A stretch of 64,000 nt of DNA from Capsulimonadaceae bacterium (lineage in GTDB: Bacteria; Armatimonadota; Armatimonadia; Armatimonadales; Capsulimonadaceae), in the NCBI GenBank assembly GCA_965215505.1, contig OZ244065.1, positions 5,600,001 to 5,664,000 on the forward strand, given 5' to 3'. A model generated the notes under the pieces. The model saw only the letters and a list, made by a program, of their open reading frames with translations. It made no database searches and was not told the DNA's origin. The position numbers and the translations under genes are program-made. This document shows, in pieces, positions 56,637 to 64,000 of the stretch (position 1 is the stretch's first letter; each line of letters starts with the position of its first letter).

Positions 56637-56870
56637 ATGTCGACTTTTGATCGAGTCAAAAAAGTGGTGGTGGAACAGCTAGAGGTGGCCGAAGACGAGG
56701 TCACCCCGCAGGCGTCCTTCGTGGACGATCTGGGGGCCGACTCCCTGGACGTCGTCGAGCTGGTGATGGGCCTCGAAGAAGAATTCGATGTCGAGATTCC
56801 GGACGAGGACGCCGAGAAGATCACCACCGTTCAGGAAGCGGTGAGCTACATAGACGACAAATCCAAATAG
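56637..56870 (+). CDS. acpP: Acyl carrier protein
   Basis: [15 protein letters not shown]. Confidence 0.98.
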   Translation: MSTFDRVKKVVVEQLEVAEDEVTPQASFVDDLGADSLDVVELVMGLEEEFDVEIPDEDAEKITTVQEAVSYIDDKSK

Positions 56871-56886
56871 CGCCCTCCTCACGATG

Positions 56887-56920
56887 GCCCGCTGCACCGC
56901 GCGGCGGGCTTTCGCTTTCT
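56887..56920 (+). terminator. Intrinsic terminator after acpP
   Basis: GCCCGCTGC...GCGGCGGGC then TTTCGCTTT. Confidence 0.65.
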
Positions 56921-56939
56921 CAAGCTTTCTTCTTATCCT

Positions 56940-58199
56940 ATGATGACTATGGCGAATGACCGACGAGTAGTGGTGACCGGGCTGGGGGCGATCACGCCGC
57001 TCGGCACCGGGGCGGAACAGTATTGGCAGGCGCTCCTGGCCGGCCGGAGCGGCGTCAGCCCCGTGCAGGGCTTCGACTGCTCCGCCATCGCGACGCGGAT
57101 CGCCGCCCAGGTCAAGGACTTCCGTGCCGAGGACTATCTGGACCGGAAGGAGGCGAAGCGCATGGACCGCTTCGCCCAGTTCGCCGCCGCCGCCTCCAAG
57201 ATGGCCGTCGCCGACGCCGCCCTACCGATCAGTGACGAGACGCGCGCCCGCGTCGGCGTCTTCATCGGCAGCGGCATCGGCGGCATCGCGACCTTCGAAG
57301 ACCAGCACCGGAAGATGATGGAGGGCGGGCTTGGCCGCGTCAGCCCCTTCTTCATCCCCATGATGATCGCCAACATGGGGACGGGCAACGTCGCCAAGAT
57401 GCTTGGCGCACAGGGGCCGAGCGAAACCGCCGTGACCGCCTGCGCCACGAGTACCAACTCCATCGGCGACGCCTACCTCGTCATCAAGCGCGGCGAGGCC
57501 GACGCGACGGTCGCGGGCGGGGCCGAGGCCGCCGTCGTCCCGATCTCCATGGCCGGCTTCTCCAACATGAAGGCCATGACCACCCGCAACGACGACCCCG
57601 AACACGCCTCCCGGCCCTTCGACGTGGGCCGCGACGGCTTCATCCTGGGCGAAGGCAGCGGCATCCTCGTCCTGGAAGAACTCGAAGCCGCCCGGTCGCG
57701 CGGCGCGACTATCTACGCCGAGGTCATCGGCTACGGCATGAGCAACGACGCCTACGACATGGTCCACCCCGCCCCCGAGGGGGCCGGGGCCGCCCGCGCC
57801 ATGACGGCCGCCCTGAAGAGCGCCTGCATCCCTGCCGACGCCGTCGGCTACATCAACGCCCACGGCACCAGCACGCCGGCCGGCGATGTCCTGGAAGTGC
57901 AGGCCATCAAGAGCGTCTTCGGGGCGCACGCCCGCCGCCTTGCCGTCTCCTCCACCAAGTCCATGACCGGCCACCTGCTCGGCGCGGCCGGGGCCATCGA
58001 GGCTATCGCGACCGTTCTGGCCTTGCAGCGCGGCATCCTGCCGCCGACCATGAACCTCGAAGCCCCCGACCCCGAGTGTGACCTGGACTTCGTCCCCAAC
58101 AAGGCCCGCGAGCAGCAGGTGGAAGTCGCCGTCTCCAACTCCTTTGGCTTCGGCGGTCACAACGCCACCCTCGTCTTCAGGCGCTGGTCCGGCGAGTAA
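56940..58199 (+). CDS. fabF: 3-oxoacyl-ACP synthase II
   Basis: RRVVVTGLG, TACAT, SRPFD, INAHGTST, KSMTGHLLGA, NSFGFGG. Confidence 0.97.
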   Translation: MMTMANDRRVVVTGLGAITPLGTGAEQYWQALLAGRSGVSPVQGFDCSAIATRIAAQVKDFRAEDYLDRKEAKRMDRFAQFAAAASKMAVADAALPISDETRARVGVFIGSGIGGIATFEDQHRKMMEGGLGRVSPFFIPMMIANMGTGNVAKMLGAQGPSETAVTACATSTNSIGDAYLVIKRGEADATVAGGAEAAVVPISMAGFSNMKAMTTRNDDPEHASRPFDVGRDGFILGEGSGILVLEELEAARSRGATIYAEVIGYGMSNDAYDMVHPAPEGAGAARAMTAALKSACIPADAVGYINAHGTSTPAGDVLEVQAIKSVFGAHARRLAVSSTKSMTGHLLGAAGAIEAIATVLALQRGILPPTMNLEAPDPECDLDFVPNKAREQQVEVAVSNSFGFGGHNATLVFRRWSGE

Positions 58200-58227
58200 C
58201 ATCTGTTGCAGCCGAGGGGGGAGGGCG

Positions 58228-58869
58228 ATAAAAAAGTACATCCTATTCGATCATGATGGTGTGCTGGTTGATACCGAGTTCTGGTATTTCAGAGCCGCAG
58301 AGCGCGCCCTGGCGGACATCGGCTTCGCTCTGGACAAGCAGCAATACCTCCGGGACATGACGCTGGGGTTGGGCAGTTGGGTCCAAGTCAGGGCGGCTGG
58401 GATTGATGAGCAGGCGCTCAGTACGCGGCGTGCGGCTCGTGATGCCTACTACCAGGAATATCTGAGAACCGAGGCCATCGAGATCGAAGGCGTCGTCGAG
58501 GCGCTTGCGGAACTGTCGAGATACGCCCGCATGGCCATCGTGACTAGTGCAAAGCGTGTGGATTTTGAGATCATCCATGAAAAGCGCCAAATCCGACAAT
58601 TCATGGATTTCGTCCTCGTTCGCGACGACTACGAGTTCGCCAAGCCGCACCCGGAACCATACCTGACCGGCCTGACCCGCTTCGGAGCCGGCAAAGAAGA
58701 GGCGCTGGTGGTAGAGGATTCAGCCAGGGGGCTGGGCTCAGCCGTGGCGGCCGGTATCGACTGTGTCATTGTCTATAACGACTTCACGAAAGCGCACGAC
58801 TTCTCACAAGCCAGCTATCGGATCGACACTCTGATTGGGTTGAAGGACATCATCCTGACTGTGAGCTGA
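58228..58869 (+). CDS. HAD family phosphatase with ATA at the expected start position (possible pseudogene)
   Basis: (I)KKYILFDHDGVLVDTE, KPHPEPY, VVEDS; no in-frame ATG/GTG/TTG between the fabF stop and motif I. Confidence 0.8.
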   Translation: MKKYILFDHDGVLVDTEFWYFRAAERALADIGFALDKQQYLRDMTLGLGSWVQVRAAGIDEQALSTRRAARDAYYQEYLRTEAIEIEGVVEALAELSRYARMAIVTSAKRVDFEIIHEKRQIRQFMDFVLVRDDYEFAKPHPEPYLTGLTRFGAGKEEALVVEDSARGLGSAVAAGIDCVIVYNDFTKAHDFSQASYRIDTLIGLKDIILTVS

Positions 58870-59031
58870 GGAGCATCTATCAGCGTATGCACGCGCCTCC
58901 GAAAGCGAAAGACGACGGCTCAGACCCGAATCAGCCGTGTATGCTTGATTATCCGCGTCCCTTTCTGTTTCTCCTCTCTAGCCTCTTTGGCTTCGGTCGG
59001 TTATAGCGCCACTGAGAAAGCCACTACTTCC

Positions 59032-61821
59032 ATGTATCTTCGCTCCCTCCTCATCCTCTCTGCCCTCTTCCTCCTGTTCGGCAACATAGCCGCAAGGGCG
59101 CAGGAGACCCAGACCCAGTACCTCTCCGGCCATGACAAGGACGATGCCGTGTTGTGGGACTTCTACAGTACCGCCGGGCGCAACGCGAACCAGTGGACCA
59201 AGATCAAAGTACCCTCGAACTGGGAGCTACAGGGGTTCGGTCGGTTCACCTACCAGACCGGCCCGCCCGCAGGCGAGGCGCAGGTCGAGGGGCGCTACAA
59301 GCGGACGTTCTCGGTGCCTGAGTCCTGGTCGGCCAAGCGCGTGTTCCTGACGTTCGAAGGCGTCATGACCGACACGTCGGTGCAGGTCAACGGCCAGTCT
59401 GCCGGGCCGATGCACCAGGGCGGGTACTATCGCTTCCAGTATGAAGTCACGAAGCTGCTCAAGTTCGGCCAGGACAACCTGCTGGAAGTGACGGTGGATG
59501 AGGAATCCGCCAACGCTTCCATCAACAACGCCGAGCGCCGGGCCGATTACTGGAACTATGCCGGCATCTACCGGCCCGTCCTGCTGGAAGCCGTCCCGAC
59601 CACCTACATCCAGCGCACCGCCATCAACGCGAAGGCCGACGGCAGCCTTGCCGTGGACGTCTACGGGAACGGCACCATCCCCGGCGATACCGTCGAGGCC
59701 CAGGTCATGGACCTCAAAGGCACCCCCGTCGGTCAGCCGTTCTTACAGTCCCTCTCCGCAGGCCCGGAACCTACCCGACTGCAAACCCAGTTCGCGGCCC
59801 CTCGCTTGTGGACTGCGGAGACGCCGAACCTCTATCAGATCGAGGTGCGCCTGAAACGCGGCGTGACGGTCCTGCACTCGCTCCGGCAGCGGTTCGGCTT
59901 CCGGACCATCGAGCTGCGGCCCGGCGACGGTATCTACGTCAACGGTCGGCGCGTCATCCTGAAAGGCAGCAACCGGCACTCGTTCTGGCCGGACTCGGGG
60001 CGCTGCACCAGCGAAAAGATCAGCCGGATGGACATCGGGCTGATGAAGGACATGAACATGAACGCCGTGCGGATGTCCCACTATCCGCCCGACCAGCATT
60101 TTCTGGACGACTGCGACGAGATGGGCCTCTACGTCCTGGATGAGCTGGGCGGCTGGCAGCACACCTATGACACCCCCACGGGTCACCGGCTCGTCGGCGA
60201 GATGGTGGTGCGGGATGTGAACCACCCCTCTATCCTGTTCTGGGACAACGCCAACGAGGGCGGCTGGAACAAGGCCCTGGACGATGATTTCGCGCTCTGG
60301 GACCCGCAGCAGCGCCACGTCCAGCACCCCGGCGGGGGCCTCTTCCGCGACGTTGATGATCCCCACTACCCCGACTATGCCCGCACCCAGCAACTAGCCG
60401 CCGGTGCCAACGTCTACATGCCGACGGAGTTCCTGCACGGGATCTATGACGGCGGGGCGGGGGCGGGCCTGGCCGATTATTGGGACGCCATGCGCTTGAG
60501 CAAGGTCCTGGGCGGCGGCTTCATCTGGGCCTTCCTGGATGAGGACGTCAAGCGCGTGGACCTCGACGGCCATCTGGACAGCCACGGCAGCAACGCGCCG
60601 GACGGCATCGTCGGCCCCTACCGAGAGAAAGAGGGCAGCTATTACACGATCAAAGAGGTCTGGTCGCCCATCGTGCTTGAGGAAGGCCGCCTCAGTCAGT
60701 TGCCGTCGGTATTCGACGGAACGCTGACGGTCGAGAATCGCTACGACTTCCTGGACGCGCGGCAGTGCCGGTTCACCTGGCAGCTACGCAAGTTCGGGCG
60801 TCCGGGTGCGGCCGGGGGGGCCTTCTCCGTCCTGGCGCAAGGGGTGGGGAAGCTGGCTTCTTCAGTCCCGCCTGGAGGCAGTGGGGCGCTCACTCTGGGC
60901 CTGCCGCGAACATGGCGGCAGGCGGAGGCGCTGGCGGTGCGGGTGGACGATCCCACCGGGCACACCCTCTATACTTGGGTCTGGCCGCTCCCGCACGCAT
61001 CGGACTATCGGGCCATCACCGGCACACCGGGAGACACGAGAACGACGGTTTCGGAAACCGCTGACGCGATCCAGGTCCGCAGCGGCGCTCTTGTGGCGAC
61101 GTTCAGCAAACAGAACGGCCGGCTTTTGTCGGTGGAGCGGGGAGGCAAGCCGTTCTCGCTGAGAAACGGCCCGCGCCCGGCTGCCGGTGAGGCCACCCTG
61201 GCGAACATCGAACACCACGCGGAAGGACCGGACACGGTCATCAGCGCCACCTACACCGGGAACATGAAAACGGTCCGCTGGCGCATGAAGAGCAATGGCT
61301 GGCTGCAACTGGACTACGACTACGCGCTCGAAGGTCCGCAGGACCTCTTCGGCGTCAGTTTCGATTATCCCGAGGCGGACGTCAAGGCGATGACATGGCT
61401 TGGGAAGGGGCCGTATCACGTCTGGAAGAACCGGGTGGAAGGCACGACGCTGGGCGTCTGGTCCAACACCTACAACGACACGATCACCGGGGATGCGGTC
61501 TGGAAGTACCCCGAGTTCAAGGGCTACTTCGGCGGCGTCCGCTGGGCACAGCTCCAGACCACTGAGGGACCGATCACGGCCGTCATGGGCCAGGATGACC
61601 TCTTCCTTCAGGTGTTCACCCCGAAGTTCCCGACGAATCGGGAGTCCCGTTATACGTCCCCTGCGTTTCCCATCGCAGGCTTGTCATTCCTCCATGCCAT
61701 CCCGCCGATCGGCAGCAAGTTCACCCCCGCCGCCCGGAGCGGCCCGCAGGGGGAGCCTGCCGTCGCCACGGGTTCGTATCACGGCACGGTCAGTTTCTAC
61801 TTCGGCGGGCTGCCCAAGTGA
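59032..61821 (+). CDS. Secreted glycoside hydrolase family 2 (beta-galactosidase-like)
   Basis: Signal peptide; FEGV, GIYRPV, LWTAETPNLY, FGFR, NAVRMSHYP, NHPSILFW..NE, TEFLH. Confidence 0.93.
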   Translation: MYLRSLLILSALFLLFGNIAARAQETQTQYLSGHDKDDAVLWDFYSTAGRNANQWTKIKVPSNWELQGFGRFTYQTGPPAGEAQVEGRYKRTFSVPESWSAKRVFLTFEGVMTDTSVQVNGQSAGPMHQGGYYRFQYEVTKLLKFGQDNLLEVTVDEESANASINNAERRADYWNYAGIYRPVLLEAVPTTYIQRTAINAKADGSLAVDVYGNGTIPGDTVEAQVMDLKGTPVGQPFLQSLSAGPEPTRLQTQFAAPRLWTAETPNLYQIEVRLKRGVTVLHSLRQRFGFRTIELRPGDGIYVNGRRVILKGSNRHSFWPDSGRCTSEKISRMDIGLMKDMNMNAVRMSHYPPDQHFLDDCDEMGLYVLDELGGWQHTYDTPTGHRLVGEMVVRDVNHPSILFWDNANEGGWNKALDDDFALWDPQQRHVQHPGGGLFRDVDDPHYPDYARTQQLAAGANVYMPTEFLHGIYDGGAGAGLADYWDAMRLSKVLGGGFIWAFLDEDVKRVDLDGHLDSHGSNAPDGIVGPYREKEGSYYTIKEVWSPIVLEEGRLSQLPSVFDGTLTVENRYDFLDARQCRFTWQLRKFGRPGAAGGAFSVLAQGVGKLASSVPPGGSGALTLGLPRTWRQAEALAVRVDDPTGHTLYTWVWPLPHASDYRAITGTPGDTRTTVSETADAIQVRSGALVATFSKQNGRLLSVERGGKPFSLRNGPRPAAGEATLANIEHHAEGPDTVISATYTGNMKTVRWRMKSNGWLQLDYDYALEGPQDLFGVSFDYPEADVKAMTWLGKGPYHVWKNRVEGTTLGVWSNTYNDTITGDAVWKYPEFKGYFGGVRWAQLQTTEGPITAVMGQDDLFLQVFTPKFPTNRESRYTSPAFPIAGLSFLHAIPPIGSKFTPAARSGPQGEPAVATGSYHGTVSFYFGGLPK

Positions 61822-62252
61822 CGCGACTGACCGAGGTCGCGGAGCGCGTCAACACGGGAGCGGATGACCCGGAAACGTCCCGCGCCCTGGTCGTTTTCAA
61901 CCAGGCCGACCTGCCGGTGAGCGGCGTCGCCGTCTTCCGGGCCGCCATGTCCTGGCCGCGCGCCCTGCCCCTGCCACCGGTCGTGGTCACGGACGACGGG
62001 CAAGCCGTCGCTTCCGCCGTCTGTGACCGGGCCGAAGCGCCGGACCTGAAAGGCCGTACCGACCGCTGCCTCCTGTCCTTCTCCCTCTGCTTCGCCGTCT
62101 CCGATGTTCCCGCGAACGGCTGGCGCACTTACATCGCCGCCTACACGGACGCGCCCGCCCCCCCGCTCGGCGATTTTGTGGAGACTCCCGGCCTCGTTGT
62201 GGTAGAAACAACGAGGCACGGCGGCGACCTGCCGCCAGTAGGAAACTTTTGA
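61818..62252 (+). CDS. Hypothetical protein resembling a GH38 beta-sandwich segment
   Basis: LVVFN...F.V.DVPANGWRTY; GTGA overlap with the GH2 gene. Confidence 0.55.
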   Translation: MTRLTEVAERVNTGADDPETSRALVVFNQADLPVSGVAVFRAAMSWPRALPLPPVVVTDDGQAVASAVCDRAEAPDLKGRTDRCLLSFSLCFAVSDVPANGWRTYIAAYTDAPAPPLGDFVETPGLVVVETTRHGGDLPPVGNF

Positions 62253-62286
62253 TGCCGCCGCCGCGTTTATATGCTATACTGAAACG

Positions 62287-62619
62287 ATGTTCCTGCAAAC
62301 GCTGGTCCAACTCAATATCCTGATTCTGGCGACCCCCGCGCTGGCCGGCTGGACCCTGATGCCGCTCACCCAGCCGGGCGCGGTGCGGGCCGCCTGCGTC
62401 GTCTGGCAGGGCCGGACGGTCGAGGCGGTCGCGCCCAAATCGGAGCAGGTAGAGGTGGCGAAGACTCGGCAGGCGGCGCGTCCGCAGCCGCTCATCCTGC
62501 CGCGCTTTGTGTCGCCGAGCGCGGCTAGGCCAGCACATCAGGCCCTCGCATTCTTTGTCGCCCCGACGGTAGCCCCCGCCTCGTTTAATCCCTTCCCCCA
62601 TGCCACCCGCGCCCCCTGA
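62287..62619 (+). CDS. Candidate SecM-like translation-arrest leader peptide
   Basis: TGcTATACT 6 nt before the ATG; hydrophobic N-terminus; ends CGC GCC CCC TGA (RAP*); directly upstream of secA. Confidence 0.6.
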   Translation: MFLQTLVQLNILILATPALAGWTLMPLTQPGAVRAACVVWQGRTVEAVAPKSEQVEVAKTRQAARPQPLILPRFVSPSAARPAHQALAFFVAPTVAPASFNPFPHATRAP

Positions 62620-62662
62620 GATCGCCCCCTGGCCCCCAATTCTGGGGGGATCGGAGGACGCT

Positions 62663-62687
62663 GTAGGGGCGAACCTTGTGTTCGCCC
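62663..62687 (+). repeat. GTAG-type REP-like palindrome
   Basis: GTAGGGGCGAAC-cttgt-GTTCGCCC; preceded by hairpin CCCCCAATTCTGGGGG (62633-62648). Confidence 0.7.
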
Positions 62688-62758
62688 TCATGACCTGGCT
62701 CCTTACCTAGACCTTTGTGAGCTGGGCCATCTTGTGTGAGAGGCAATCACTAACAACC

Positions 62759-64000
<1,242 letters not shown>

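Noticed and set aside
58870-59031. c-di-GMP or other riboswitch before the GH2 gene
   Set aside because: A GAAA and a small ACGGCT/AGCCGT stem are present, but I could not match any aptamer consensus.

Overview
High-GC bacterial chromosomal window, mostly housekeeping. Gene order and C-terminal WPPxP proteins suggest Armatimonadota/Capsulimonas-like, but this is inference only. Conserved blocks are truB-ribF..rpsO-pnp..M16 peptidase-dapB..asd-dapA-rnj, rpmH-rnpA-yidD-yidC-jag, recG..coaD..yceD-rpmF-plsX-fabH-fabD-acpP-fabF, and the 5' part of secA. These are interleaved with small accessory islets: glycoside hydrolases, an SDR/TetR cassette, an AraC/PhyH cassette and two toxin-antitoxin islets. 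No rRNA, tRNA, CRISPR array, transposase or phage gene was recognised. The most notable observations are: (1) a leaderless 110-aa ORF directly upstream of secA with a hydrophobic N-terminus and a C-terminal R-A-P-stop, a candidate SecM-like translation-arrest peptide; (2) a stand-alone ~125-nt candidate sRNA built from ACAACCGAATA repeats, with its own -10 box and terminator; (3) a Vipp1-like PspA co-transcribed with an HPD-less J-domain protein; (4) a DUF433/DUF5615 TA pair bracketed by a ~97-bp duplication of the 3' end of a usp gene; (5) GTAG-type REP palindromes whose TAG is the stop codon of three genes. All calls come from reading motifs by eye, and no searches were run.
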